Assembly (NCBI RefSeq): GCF_030028105.1
Contig: NC_092370.1
Coordinates: forward strand, 108,266,793 to 108,330,792
Direction: 5' to 3'
DNA: 64,000 nucleotides
DNA from: Mobula birostris
Lineage: Eukaryota
This document shows positions 39,501-54,500 of this stretch, in pieces (the first letter of the stretch is position 1; every line of letters begins with the position of its first letter). The notes under the pieces were generated by a model, which had not been told where the DNA came from, searched no databases, and saw only the letters and a list, made by a program, of their open reading frames with translations. Both the position numbers and the translations under genes were made by a program.

Positions 39501-42500
39501 TTGCTCCATAGCGATGGAGCTGGAATTATTGCATACTATTGCTGTGTTGTTGTCTGCTGTTGACAATGCACGGTGTGAATGATTCTCTTTGACATTTTTA
39601 TTGGGATCGCGAGACCCTGTTAGACATTGGTAATGTAGAATAGTTAAAGTCTGGTTCATTGAGTCATCAGTGACACTGACAGCAGGGGACCTGCGTTATC
39701 TCAGTTGCGGCGAGGACTGGGCTCTCGCTATGGGTCACCTTTTGTGTTGAGATTCTGGAGGTGGAATGGGAGAGAGCAGTGGCCTCTATGGACATGCCAT
39801 AATTCATACTAGGTTGGGTGCTGCAGTCCCGTGTTCACTCGGTGCTGCAGTCTCGTGTTCACTCAATGAAAGAAGAACTTGCAGTCAGTCTGCAGTTATG
39901 CCATTCAGGGACTTATGCTATATATTTTCTTTTCTTTGTGACTGCATGGTTTTCCGAAATTGTTACCATATGTGCTACTTGTGCTATGTGCGGTGGGCTG
40001 TTGGTAATATGTTTTGCACCTTGGCCTTAGAGGAATGTTTTATTTGACAGTATTCATGTACTCGAACTTGAATTTGAATTACCACAATAGGCTTTGAACT
40101 GGCATAGAGAAAAGATGATTTATATGCTGTTTGTCTTGAATGCTTCTCTCAGAGTATAAGAGTCAATTTCACTATCCATTGAATTGCAGGCCTCTGAAGG
40201 CCAGGAGAGCCCCAGCCTCAGCCCCTTGAGTTTGGAGAAGTTGCACAAGAGCTGTACAGTGAGATTCATAGTCAGATCTTAAGCAACCTGACTGGAATAT
40301 CCTCAGTGGTTGAAAGGCACACTGGGGACTATAATCCAGACTGCTAATAATTAAAAAGCAATTTGGGAGGTTATCAGCCAATGCGAGGAATGGAGCAATG
40401 GAAAGAAAAATGAATAGAGAGGGAAAAGAGCATAAGAAATGGGAAAGAGGGATTAAAGAAGGAAATAGGCAGTGAGACCTCAGCAAAAATTTACATCTGA
40501 GTGTAATTATACAGTACCTGATACCAAGATTCACCCTGGGCTTTTCAGGCTAAGATGGCACAAGAACTGATATGGAGCCAGAGCATGGTGACTTGTAAGC
40601 TGCTCCCTGCAGATCAACCCATTACTTCCACTATAATCATTCTACTCTTTTAAATCTAAATTCTCTGCCTATAATTTTATTTTGTGTTGTTATTGTTTTA
40701 CCTTGTTCTAACAAGAGCTTCTGTTATGATGGCAGCATACTCAGATGCAGCAGCTCCTACAGGGTCAACCAAAGGTGTTATTGTCTTTTTTAAACATTTT
40801 CTTTAACCAGACTCAGCTGGTTATTAAGAACCTACCCCATCAGCAGGTTGTTAATTGGTGGAGAAACTGAAGGAGATGGACTTGGTGCAGACTGTGATAC
40901 TGCCTGCAACTGAGAGTTGTCAGTGTGTGAAGGAGGTAGGAGATCCAACAGTGAGTGATCATCTTAAGATGCCTTTCTTGTGATCGCAAGACCCTTTTGG
41001 ACATTGGTGGCGTGGAATGTTGCAAGTGTAATTCTTTGGTCTATTGACGATCAGTGGGTGGGATGGCGGGGGTGTTCGTAGTGCGGACTAAACCTCAAGC
41101 CGCAGTGTTGGCTGTTTGCAGCAGCCTGCGCGGGGTGGGGGGGCGCGTCAGAGTTGGGTGGTCCACAGGAGTGCGGGGGGCACTGGATCGTGGTGTCCGT
41201 GCTGGAGTCAGTGTCGTTCTCTAGTGTTCACTTGCCAGAAGACAAGCTGGATTGCATTTGACTGCAGACTGATGGATTCAGGCACTCGGACTGTATTTTG
41301 TGTGTGACTGTATTTTATTGCCATCTTATATGTGTTATATATGCTGTGTGTGAATGTTGGTACCTTGTTTTGCACCTTGGCTGCTTCACTTGGCTGTATT
41401 CATGTGTAATGTCCTGATTCATATTTTTACTGTTATGTTGTATGTATTTCATTTTGTGCTGTTCTGTATTTCATTTTGGCAATTCTGTGAGAGTTGCTTG
41501 TTTTCAGCTTATGTTTGGGTTATTGTTGAAGATAAGAGATGAGGAGAAATGTGTGCCATCCAATTAGGATGGTCAAATTGAAGGAGAGGTTTCTCTGGTG
41601 AGGGACACTAAGGTTAGGCTTGGGGTTTTCTTTTGTTCGAGAGGAGATGGAGAGAGAAGATGCTGGAGAGAACCGGTTGTAGCATACGGTCCAGTGCGAG
41701 ACACGTTTTTTCAAGATGGATTGCAAGCGACATTCGGAAGGTGGTGTGTACTTTCACGTTGACCGAGGGCCCAGCGCGTGAGTGACAGAGAAGTTCAAGA
41801 TGAGCTCCAACTTGTACACATTTGACTGTTTAATTAGAATGGGCCCTTTTCTTATTGTTATTCTTTACTAACCCTTTAGTTAAGATTCATAAATATAATT
41901 CCTTTAATCGTATGCAGTGTACTGTCCTTTATTTCATGGCATTAATTTGTTACAGGGTAGCAAACGCCACAGCACCCACACAAACCGAGGTTTGGGGTGG
42001 GACTGAGCATGCCTCAGTCTCACGGGTTTGTCAGGGCCAGAGGTTGTCTTCCTTAGACTTACACAGCCAAAGAAACCAGGGTGTTTCACCTGTATGGCAG
42101 AAAGGCAATTAAACTTGAACCTTAACTCGAGCCTCAGTGAGCTTTGTAATGATTTGATCTGTACGAGCAGTATGCAAGACAAACTTTTCACTGTATCTTA
42201 GTACATATGATAATAATAAGCCAATAGAATTGTTCAAGGTGCAGAATTCAGCACTGTGCTGGAAGCCTCAAACTAGGCTTCTTGTTCTCGGTACCCAGGT
42301 CACCAGTCTGCAGGTTATTTGATGGATTTCCACACTGTAAGTTTGTGTATGTACCTCTGTGTGAAAACTGAATTGTTTAATCTATTTCTTTTAGCCCTGG
42401 TGCCGTCTTGTCATAACAATCTACAACTACTTTGTGGTGACTAATTTCTTCTGGATGTTTGTGGAGGGATGCTATCTCCATACAGCTATAGTGATGACCT

Positions 42501-45500
42501 ATTCCACAGACAAAATGCGTAAATGGAAATTTCTGTTCATTGGATGGTGTAAGTAAGGGATCTTTTGATGGTCTGATTGAGACAGATAAGTAATGTAAGA
42601 TAAATATACTTAACACAGACACTGGCACATGAATAGTGGGCCATATTAGACTCAGTTAAATTTATTGATGGTACTCCGCCCTTGTGCTAGTTTTACAGAT
42701 GTACTTACTTGTTCAAGTAGGACATGTGAGCGGTACCCATTCCATTGGCCATCTATGAAATGGCAGCCTGAGGCCCTGCTCCCAGCACAGTCCTAATGAA
42801 TGAACCTCTAGAGACATTTAACTCAGTTGAAATAGATTATAAATATCAGTAAAATAATTCAGTTAAAACATTGTTTTACAGTTCATTAATTTAGAAATGT
42901 TCATATATAATAGTTAAAAACAAAAAAAAATTCTTAGCTAAATGCACATTTCAATGAAGGCTAGTTACCCCAATCAAATAAATGGTCACACTGTAAATCA
43001 GCCATGGCTGGTATAAAGTTGAAGGGCTGTTCAGCTCAGCCTGTTCTAGAGCTGCTGCTAAATTCAATGGTGAGGACAGCAGCAAAGCAGGAGGTCGAGT
43101 GTGACCATAATTGACCCCGCTCCCTCAGATTGCACCATACTTGCTTGATGCAGTGACAGGTGAGGGAAATTGAAGATGCTCTGAAAACTGAAGGGTCTAT
43201 GTTGTGGGAACATTACCCACTATGAAGCATAGTCCAACACTGTAAATGACAAACTTTGGCGATAACATGCAGATCTAAAATGTTCCACTTTGTTCCAGTC
43301 ACACCTTCCATGCCACACGTTGTCAGAAACAGAAATTAACAATCTATTCTCTGTTCAATATGCTATGTACAAGAACGTGGCATCAATTTACAACTGAAAT
43401 CCATTCTCTCAAAAACTGCCTGCATTCTCTTGAACAATGATATTTTTCTTCCATAGGTATCCCTTGTCCCATCATTGTAGCCTGGGTCATAGGAAAACTC
43501 TACTACGAGAATACAGAGTAAGTACAAGAAGTCAAGGAAATTTGTGTGCTTTATAATACGCTTTTCTTTAATGCACAGAGGAAAAACCCAATTTTAAAAA
43601 GCTCTTTACATAGATAAGGATATTCTATTTTTCCCATGTCCTGCCAAATAGTGGAACAAGAGTTGGCTGACCATAGAGAAATGAAAGGGACAATTAAAGT
43701 GGTAATAGTCAGCAACATCAATTTCTATTTCATTAATTCCTTAAAAGTATGAAGGTAGAGCAATTTTGAAAAGAGAAATGCAGGAGACAAGAACATACTT
43801 GTGAAGATTTCATAAAGGGCAAAGCGTGGAACTGTGCAGAGAATGCTTGAATAAAATTTAAGGCTCAAGAGATTGTTTCATTGTGGCTGAGGATGAAGTA
43901 ATAGTTATTGAGATCTGTAAGGATTTAAGGCATAGATTCTATTGGTGCAACATGGTTTTCTAGTTGCCTTCCAGCCTTTGCTTATCAATGCCTTAAATGG
44001 AAGGGAAAGCTCTGGAATCTCCCACCCTGAGTTCTTCAATATTCAGTGTTCGGCTTAGAATCATAACTATGTTCCACAATAGAAGAAATTTTTGTACATC
44101 ATTACTACTTCTTTAATTGGAACCATGTAATATAATTGAAAAATACCCTTTGACCTACAAAGATCCCTGTGTTTCCTCTGCTTCCCATCTGAGTATTGCC
44201 AAGGACAGTGGAAATGCTGGTAGTGCACAAAAATCTGCTGACCTTCTGATGAACTATGGATGTAGCATTTTGGCTGGAGACCGGAGAAGGAAAACTGATA
44301 ACAAAGATTTTGATAAATATCCATATGACAGTAGGAACAATTTATGGTTTTTACATCAAGTTTTTTGCTTTCTTCTGGAGTTTTCTCCTAGTTGCTTTTA
44401 GAGCACCCAGTCTCTTCCCATGAAAATTGCTAGGCTAGTTGACCTGTGGTTGTTATCACAAATATGCCTGACTTTTATTTTCTTCCTGCAAGACCTACAT
44501 GTGATCTTTTCAACAGGGATCTGAAGTAGTGTCCCTGACTGATTTTTTTGCTGTTCAACCCAGATATACTATAAGTCAACCATAACTGACTAATATTAGT
44601 TAACAACACGTACCTTTATTTTCAGGTCCTTCATGTATATTAGGTGATGCCTTTGCTAGGTATTAGTGATCATGTTAATTTGCTATTGAATGATATCAGT
44701 GGTTGTAACTGAGCCAGCATATTTCATGGTGAAAAATATTTATTTGAAGCATTTTAGCTGTATTAACAAAATGCCAATAGAAATTCCTAATTTAGTAATT
44801 AACAAGATATTTGCATAATTTACAGTAGTCATTGTAATTAGCACCCTCCTCCCACTTTTCCTGCCATTACCTTCAGCTTTGTGTTATTTTATAGTATATT
44901 GCTGCAGTAACTCATCTAAATAACTCAGTCTGTCAGCAGAGGATTGTGTTGGAACAAGGCCAATGGCAATTTACATGAGTCTTTATGTTTATAGATGTTG
45001 GATTGGAACAGCAGCAGGGCATCATATGGACTACATTGTTCAAGGCCCAGTGGTACTGGTACTGCTGGTAAGTATGTGAATGCAGTGGTGCTGATTTAAT
45101 TGAATTATGGTCAATTAGGGGTATCATCCCCCTGCAAAGATAAATCACTTGTCTATTCCACGAGATTTATCTTTGGTTTTTAACACAAATGAATTCTGAT
45201 TGACTTTTCGCAGTAACAACTGCATAGAGGTTCTGCAAAGAATGCATTGATAGGGTGTTAATACAGTGGAACAGTGAATGTCTTGCTTTGGCTGCAAGTT
45301 TCTTGGTGTTGCACAATTTCATGCATAAAAGTGTTCATCTTCCAATGCTGTATTCAAGAGTCAGCTAAGATTCTTGCCCAACATGAAGTTAATTTTTCAA
45401 TGTAATTTATTGCAGTAGTAAAAAAGGTAGAATAGACAAACATTGAGTTAATGGAATGGAACAAAATGACAATCTGTGCTTTATGTCAGACCATGGACTT

Positions 45501-48500
45501 AAAATGATGGAGTTGATTTGTTGAAGTACTGGCATGCACTGATTGATATTGGCCATTGAGGTATTGAACGATGATCAACTGATAACCTGATGAGGTAAAA
45601 CTCAGTGTTTCTCATCTGAACTGCAATGCACTTTGATTTAAATGGCAAGAGACCTCATTTTTCTGTCTTTTTTGTACATGATGGTAGATAAAATTTTTTG
45701 TGATTCCAGTATAATTTTTGAAGAAAGTTCCCTACTTCATTAGTTAGTTTTTGGAGACCATAAAACAATAAAACTATCTATTAACCCTAGAAAATGATTT
45801 ACAGAAATCATTGAGTCTGAATTGAGACATGAATAGCAAAAACCACATTTGCTTTAACATGTAAAATATATTTAATTTGACAAAATTTTATTTTAAGTTA
45901 CTGACTTGTCAACTCAAAGTATATTTTTAAAGATATTCTCAAACAAATTTGACACCTAGTCACCTCCTGGCATTAGACCTCAGATCTGACTGAAAAAAAC
46001 AGTTTTGGAACTGATTGCAAGAACGAGGCAGAGAAGGAAACATATAAGTTAGAGCTTTTAGAGCTTTGGTCTGTGGTTGTTGAGTGTATGGATAACTAGC
46101 AATTGAGGGAAATTGTGAATGACATTGTGATGACACATTTATGAAACTGTTTTCATTTATCGGTTAATTTGTACAAGAGTGCATTCAATAGATGCAGCGA
46201 TAACGTAACTTTTAAGTAAAATCCCCTTTTTCCAGCATCAGAAATACTGTGTTCGTCTGCATAAATGACATAAAATGAACAGGGAGCAATTTGCTTGGAC
46301 TTCAACTAATACTACTTATAATTCACTGAGTGGATGCAAGTCCACAATGGCTTACTAAACTGCAGCTGGCAAATGGGGACCAGAAACCAAGCTGGAAACT
46401 GAGACCAAAAGAGCACCACCAGGAAACCTTATATAAATGTACAAGTTCCTAAGGAACATCAATCTAGCCCTAACAGCAGGAGGGAACTTATTGGGAGAGA
46501 TCTCCCACACCAGTAGCAACTCTACTGCTGGACCTCAGCTGGACCCAGTTTATCTGGGCTGCTGTTAATCTAAGTCCTTGGTAGCATATTTCACAAAGTC
46601 TGAGGCTGCTGCTGTGCTGCTCTGGAGGGTTCCTTATGGGTCACCAGATCTTCTATAGGCCTCCCAGCTTGCAGCTCAGATAATCTGCTCAAATCTGCCC
46701 ATTTATCAGGATGTAGCCTGGATTTGAAAGCATATTTTATTAGCGTAATTTTGAGTGAGCTAGGTTTTTTTTTCTCTTTGGTGTGATGGAGGATGTGAGA
46801 TGAATTGATTAGAAATGTACAAGTGATAAGAGGCACAGATAGATAGAGTGGACAGCCAATGACTTTTTTCTCCAGGGCAGAATTGCCTAACATAAGGAGG
46901 CATAATTTTAATGTGACTTTTACACAGAGAGTGGTGGGTGCATGTGCCATGCTGCCAGGGGTAGTGGTTGAGGTAAATACATTAGGAACATTTAAGAGAC
47001 TCTTAGGCACATGGATAAAAGAAAGATGTTGGGCTTTGTGGGAGGAAAGGGTTAGATTGATCTTGGAGTAGGTTAAAAGGTTGGCAGTACATTATGGTTC
47101 AAAGGGCCTGCACTGTGCTGTACTGTTCTGTGTTTTATGTTAGATGTGCCAGGTTAAACCCATTACAGATACAGCAATCCCAGTCACATTATTGGAGGGC
47201 ACTCAAATCACAAAAGTGAAGTGAAGAATTATGTTTAAATATTTGTTTAATTTGTTTAAACATAGTCCCTTAATGTTGTCACAGCTGGGGGAGGTAGTGG
47301 GGCCAATGGCATGCATCTCAAATAGCCTCTGACAACCAGGTCCAGCTCCTGGCCTTCACGTGTGGCTTAGCTACCAGTCCCATTGAACTGTTTCTACTGA
47401 CAGGAGAAGCGGCAAAGGCAAGTTACTGGCACCTTACAACCAGTCGCTTCAAGCAAATGGGGCCCGTCTGCTGTGTTGGCAGTTCATCTAGGAGAAGGTA
47501 GACTCTGATCGTAAGCCTCTGCTGACTTGCGGTTATACTCAGTCATGGGGAAAGCATTGGGAGTAAACACCGAGGAAAATATCCTAAGGCAGTCCTGCAT
47601 TGAGCTCAACACTGACCGGCAACACTAGCTATATTGGTCTCTGCCGTTCCTTTGGATTCATCAGCTGTGTGGAGAGAGGGAGCCTGCCGCTTGGGCAACA
47701 GCTTACTCTCCATATCATACTGTCCTGGCTTGCGTATCATGTAGACATCTGGGACACATCATCCATGGTCAACCTCGTACAATGGAGAGCCTTAGGAGAT
47801 TTCAATGTGTAAATATACGTTTAAGTATAAACAAATCAATACTTTTAGCTATTAACAATATTTAAACTTCTTACATGCCCCAGACATTAATGAATTTTTA
47901 TAAATTTCAGGGAGCTTTATGCACATTCAAAGGTCCTGGTGACACTGGCAGCCAATGAACCTGGGTTGGGGGTGGGGTTTCACCGCCTGCCAGTGTTGTT
48001 TTAGTTGCTTTGGTTGGTTGTCTGTGTCTTATAGTGAAGTACTGGGAACTGACACACAGCGGAAAAAAATGCTGGGACTATGCTGCCAGGGGCCATTGAT
48101 ATTGTGGCAATGGAAAATTAGCCATTTCTGGGCTTGTTGACTTGTCCTTGAATGTAATGCCATTAATGAAGCATTTTTAAAACATTATGATGTTGAAATA
48201 TAGGCAAATGTATCACTAAATTTGAGAATAAGTCATCTAATAATTTGAAACTTGATGTTGGTTAAGCCATGGTTGAGACAGTGAAGAAGACACTGTGTTG
48301 TGACATAGGAAAGGAGCTGTAGCCATAGTTCAATATTTCACCCAGTAACCTGGAGCACAGGCAGTGAAGCTCTCACCTATTAATGTATTAATAATAAGAA
48401 TGAACAGACTGCTTGCGGTGGTTACTAATGTTAGAAAATCAACAGTGAGAATTAACTTCCTAGTGAAAGAATTGCATAACAGTACAATATAGGATTTTAA

Positions 48501-51500
48501 ATGTCACACTCAGTAAAGTAGTACAAACCAGTAATCCCAGGTTTTAGTTTCTAGGCTTTAGCTTTACCTGTCCCACCACAGAAGGGTTGAGGCAGAACAG
48601 CTATTCACAATCCTGATCTGGATCGATTTTGCAGGGTCAGAGCTTTTACCGGCAGGATGGAGCCTGCTGCACCCAGGGAGGGAGAAAAGAAATTATGGAA
48701 ACATAAAAATGAGGGGGATCCTATTGTCATTGCGACTGAGTTAATAGATAAACTCAAAGCAAGTTTATGGCCTCACTTATATCTTTGCCATCATAGGACA
48801 TTATAGAGATCTGTTGACAGCCAAATAGACTTCACGTCAGATATAGACAGATAGATACATTGTTGATCCCAAAGGAAATTACAGTGTCACAGTAGCATTA
48901 CAAGTGCACAGACGTACAAATATACAAATATTAGAAGAGAAGTAAAGAAGAATAAAAAATAAGTTACCTCAAACAGTCTAACGGAGGGGGTCGTCAGTTC
49001 CCTGACTATAGGTTGACTCATTATAGAACCTAATGGCCGAGGGTAAGAATGACCTCATATAGTGCTCTTTAGACCAGCGCAGTTGTCTTAGACTATTACT
49101 AAAAGTGCTCCTCTGTTCAGCCAAGGTGGCATGCAGCAGGTGAGAAACATTATCCAGAATTGCCAGGATTTTCCGTAGGGTCCTTTGTTCTACCACAGCC
49201 TCCAGTTTGACTACTATAACAGAGTCAGCCTTTCTAATCAGTTTATTGAGCTTATTGGTATCACCCATGTTGGTGCCATTGACCCAGAACATCACTGCAT
49301 AGAAGATTGTACTGACAACAGCAGACTAGTAGAACATGTGAAGGAGAGGCCTGCAAACTCCAAAAGACCTCAGTCTTCTCAAGAAATAGAAGTGGCTCTG
49401 GCCTTTCTTGTACACAGCCTCTGAGTTAATATTTAATAATATTTAGCACTTCCAATGCTACTGACTAGGCATGCTCCTACAGGAGCACACTTATGACATC
49501 TTTACAAAATCACCAGAAGCTTGACATTAAGTTAGCTGATTTTGCAGGTTTCAAGGAATTTTACTTTCCCAAAATGGCAGGCATCATAACAACAAGTAAA
49601 AGAATAAAATAGCTTTAGATATTCAACCTGGGGTAATTCTCCCAGTTCCACAAGACTCTAATTGCTTATGATGAACACTACCTACCATCGCCTCTCGCTA
49701 CTTTTCTCAACACTATATGTAAAGTAGGTGAGCTGAAATTCAGTATTGTTTGTCATAATGCAACCACAGCTGATTATTTACTTCGTTTTTTATAAAGCCA
49801 GACCAACACATTTTCCTCATGCAATATTACCACTAGATTTACTAGTGAAGAATTTTGGGATGATTATGATAAGTGAATTTTATAATGCAAAAAGAAAGGA
49901 ATTGCAAAGAAGGTATTTTTCAGGTACTATAATTTACATTCCGAAAAAACAAGGTCTTAAGTTCTTTTCAGCTTAAACTGTACTTATGCCCTTTGCTTTT
50001 GTTTGAACAGGTTAACTTTATCTTTCTCTTCAACATTGTGAGGATCCTGATGACAAAACTGAGGGCATCAACGACATCTGAGACAATGCAGTATAGGTAA
50101 TTGAATACAAACCATCCATCATGCAGGTGCTGAGCTTAAAGTCATTTTGTGATGACAAAATGAATCATTAATAATTAGAATCGCAATTTGTATGTACTAA
50201 TAAAAGTAAAAATCGTGGCGATCTCTGCTGAAGCTGATTTTTTTTTTATTTCTAGCTCTCATAATCCATCATATCTATACGTGATGCTTCCTTTCTCAAG
50301 ACATTTAATAAATGTTCCAGTCAATCTGTCCTTGTAAAGTTATTGCTTGTGATTTGGAGTGTATGAAATGTTTAAACAAACTGAAATAAAGCATTAGATA
50401 TGGTGTCTACTTTGTGTAGCTTAGCAAAATTTGCTGATGACACTAAACTAAGTGGAAAAGCAAATTGTACAGAGGATGTGGAGGGTCTGCAGAGGGATAT
50501 AGATAGGTTAAGTGAGTGGGCCAAGGTCTGGCAGATAGAATACAGCGTTGGTAAAGGCAAGATCATCCACTTTGGAAGGAATAATAGAAGAGCAGATTAT
50601 TATTTAAATGGTGAAAGATTGCAGCATGCTGTTGTGCAGAGGGACTTGGGAGTGCTTGTGCATGAATTGTAAAATGTTGGCTTGCAGGTACAACAGGTTA
50701 TTAAGAAGGCAAATGGAATGTTGGCCTTCATTGCTAGAGGGATTGAATTCAAGAGCAGGGAGGTCATGCTGCAACTATACAGGGTACTACTGGTGAGACC
50801 GCACCTGGAGTGCTGTGTGCAGTTCTGGTTTCCATACTTGAGGAAGGATATACTGGCTTTGGAGGCAGTACAGAGGAGGTTCACCAGATTGATTCCAGAG
50901 ATGAAGGGGTAACTTATGAGGAGAGATTGAGTCACCTGGGACTATACTCTCTGGAATTCAGAAGAATGAGAGGGGATCTTATAGAAATATACAAAATTTT
51001 GAAAGTGATAGACAAGGTAGGTGTAGGAAAGTTGTTTCCATTGGTAGGTGAAACTAGAACTAGGGAACATTGTCCCAAGCTTCAGGGGAGAAGACTTAGG
51101 ACAGAGACGAGGAGAAACTGTTTTTCCCAGGGAGTGGTGATTCTGTGCAATTCTCTGACCAGGGAAGCAGTTGAGGCTTCTTTGCTAAATATATTTAAGA
51201 TACAGGTAGATAAATTTTTACATAGTAGGGGAATTAAGGGTTATGGGGAAAAGACAGGTAGATGGAGCTGAGTTTACGGACAGATCAGCTATGATCTTAT
51301 TGAATGGCGGGGCAGGCTTGATGGCCGACTCCCGCTCCTATTTCTTATGTTCTTATGTACATTAGCCATTAAAACAGACATGTATCTGTCCTTCTGAAAA
51401 TCCAGCTTTATAATGCCATCAAGTGTACAATATAATTAAATGTTCAAGGTGTGGTTACTTTGTGAAGTTCTATTTTCCAATCAAAGCTTCAAAAAAGCAG

Positions 51501-54500
51501 CCTATCCATGTGACGTGTCCAGCCATAGGTTTTCTTGTCATATGTCAGGTAAAGGATTATTTTGTGCTGTTCATCGTAAAGGTTGGGTTACCTCTTGGTG
51601 GATTAAGATGAATCAAGTATCTCCGTTTATAGCAAATTAGGTTTAAAGCTGGAAAACAGGAACTCCAGGGTAGTAATCTTCAGATTGCTGCCTGTGCCAT
51701 GTGCCAGTGAGGGTAAGAATACGATGATTTGGCAAATGAATGTGTGGCTGAGGAATTGGTACAGGGGCAGGTTTTCCGATTTCTGGATCACTGGGATCTC
51801 TTCTGGAGAAGATGTGATCGGTACAAAAAGGATGGTTTATACCTGAACCTGAGGGAGACCAATATCCTTGCAGGCAGATTTGCTAGAGCTCTTGGGGAGG
51901 GTTTAAACTAATTTGGCCGGGGGAAGGGAACCGGAGTGAGGACAGGACAGTTGGTATTCAAGTACAGTAGATACAGTGTGTAGTGAGTCTGTGAGGAAGG
52001 ACAGGCAGATAATAGGACAAAATTGCAGTCAGTGGGATGAGCTTATGTGTTACTTGGGAGCAAAGACCATGCTACACATCAAAAAAGGATGATGAATACA
52101 GGACTGAAGTGTACAGGATAAGGTAGATGCTTTAGTAGCACAGTTAGAGACCGGCAGGTATGACATCGTGGGCATCACTGAGTTGTGGCTGAAAGAACAT
52201 CATAGTTGTGAGCTTAACATCCAAAGGTACACAAGGTATCAGGGGTACAGGTAGGCAGAGGAGATGGGGTGGCTCTGTAGGTAAAAAATTAAATCAAAAA
52301 CTTAGAAAGATCTGATATAGGATCAGAAGATGAAACATCCTTGTGGGTAGAGTTAAAAATTTTCAGGGTAAAAAGACCCTGATGGGAGTTATATACAGGC
52401 CTCCGAACAGTAATCAGTATGTGGGCTACAAATTACAATGAGGCAGAAAAGGTATGTAACAAGGGAAATGTCACAATGCCAATGGGGGATTTCAATACAC
52501 TGGTAGATTGGGAAAATCAAGCTGGTGCTAGATCCCAAGAGATGAAGTTTGTAGAATAGCTATGAGTTGGCTTTTTAGAGCAGCTTGTGGTTGAGCCTAT
52601 AAGGAGAAAGGCTATTCTGGATTGAGTGTTATGTAATGACCCAGATTTGATTAGATAGCTTATGGTAAAGATACTCTTAGGATGCAGTAACCATAATATG
52701 ATATATTTCACCCTGCAGTTTGAGAGGGAGAAGCTAAAATCAGATGCATCAGTAGGACAGTGGAGTAAAGGGAATTACAGAGACATGGGAGAGGAGCTGA
52801 CCAAAGTTGATTGCAATGGGACACCATCAGGGATGATGGCAGGACAACAATAGCTAGAGTTTCTGGGAGCAATTTGGAAGACACAGAATACATGCGTCCC
52901 AAAGATGTAGAAGTATTCTAAAGGAAAGATGACACAGCTGCTGCTAACAAGAGAAATCAAAGAAAATATAAAAGCAAAAGAGAGGGCATATAATGTAGCA
53001 AAAAATTAGTGGGGAGTTAGAGGATTGGGAGACTTTTAAAAACCAACAGAAGGCAACTAAAAAAGCCATAAGGAGAGAAGAAATGAAATATGAAGGTAAG
53101 CTAAGTAATAGTATAAAAAAAGATACCAAAAGTTTTCAGATCTATAAAGAGTAAAAGGGAGATGAGAGTTGATATTGGACTACTGGAAAATGATACTGGA
53201 GAGGTGGTAATGGGGGACAAAGAAATGGCAGGCAAACTTAATAAGAATTTTGCATTACTGTTCACTGTGAAAGGCATATGCTGTATGCCAGAAATTTGAG
53301 AGTGTCAAGGGACAGAATTGAGTGTAGTTGCTATTATTAAGGAGAAGGTGCTTGGAAAGCTGAAAGGTCTGAAGGTAGGTAAGTCACCTGGACCAGATGG
53401 ACTACATCCCAGGGTTCGAAAAGACGTAGCTGAAGAGATTGTTGAGGCATTAGTAATGATCTTTCAAAAATCATGAGTTTCCAGAATTGGTCTGGAGGTT
53501 TGAAAAATTTCCAGTGCTACTCCACTCTTTAAAAAGGGAGGGAGGCAGAAGAGATGAAGTTAGCCTGACTTTAGTGGTTGTGAACATGCTGGAGTCCGTT
53601 ATTAAGGGTGAGGTTTCAGGGTGCTTGAAGGAACATGATAAAAGATGCAAAATTCAAGATCGTTTAATGTCATTTCCGACACACAATTGTAAGGGAGAAC
53701 GAAATAATTGTTACTCCAGATAAGATACGGCACAAAACAAACACAATAAAATCAAGAAATCAATAATATTATAAAAAAATACAATAAATATAAATCCATA
53801 AGGTATATTGTATACACAGATTGACTGTATATCAATAAAGTGCTATTAGGTGCAGGAGTGTCAGTACCTAAGGTGATTGACAGGAAATGATAAAGTAGTG
53901 GTGGTCAGCGGTGTGGAAAGGTGGGTTAGTGGGTGGAGATGTTGATCAGCCCTTCTGCTTGGGGAAAGTAACTGTTTTTGAGTCTGCTGGTCTTGGTGTA
54001 GATGTTACATAGCCTCCTCCCTAATGGGAGTGGGACAAGCAGTCTTTGAGAAGAGTGGGTGAGATCCTTCAAGATGTTTTTGGCCTTGTTACAGCAACTT
54101 GCTTGCTGGTGTGAAAATATATGTGCCAAGTCTTAAGCCTTTTCAAAAAGTAGAGGTGTTGGTCAGCTTTCCCAATTGTGTAGAATGTGTTCTGGGACCA
54201 TGAGAGGTTGCCTGAGGTGTGCACTCGCAGGAGTTTGAAACTACTTGCAGATTCCACTGCTGTGCCACCAATGTAAAGAGGAGTGTGAGTGGTGCAAGTT
54301 CTCCTGAAGCTGAAGGCCATCTTCTTTGTCTTATTCACAGTGAGGAAGAGGTTATTTGCCTGGCAGAATGCTTCAAGCTCATCCATCTCCTTGCTATAGG
54401 CCATCTCATCTTTGTTGGTGATGAGCCCCACCACTGTTATGTCATCAGCGAACTTGACAATATGATTACTCAGGTGTTTGGCCATGCTGTCATGTGTAAG

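Noticed and set aside
39030-39659. 209-aa ORF that looks like a fusion protein
   Set aside because: Chance read-through from non-coding flank into a CR1 3' end; no splice or domain support for the N-terminal part.
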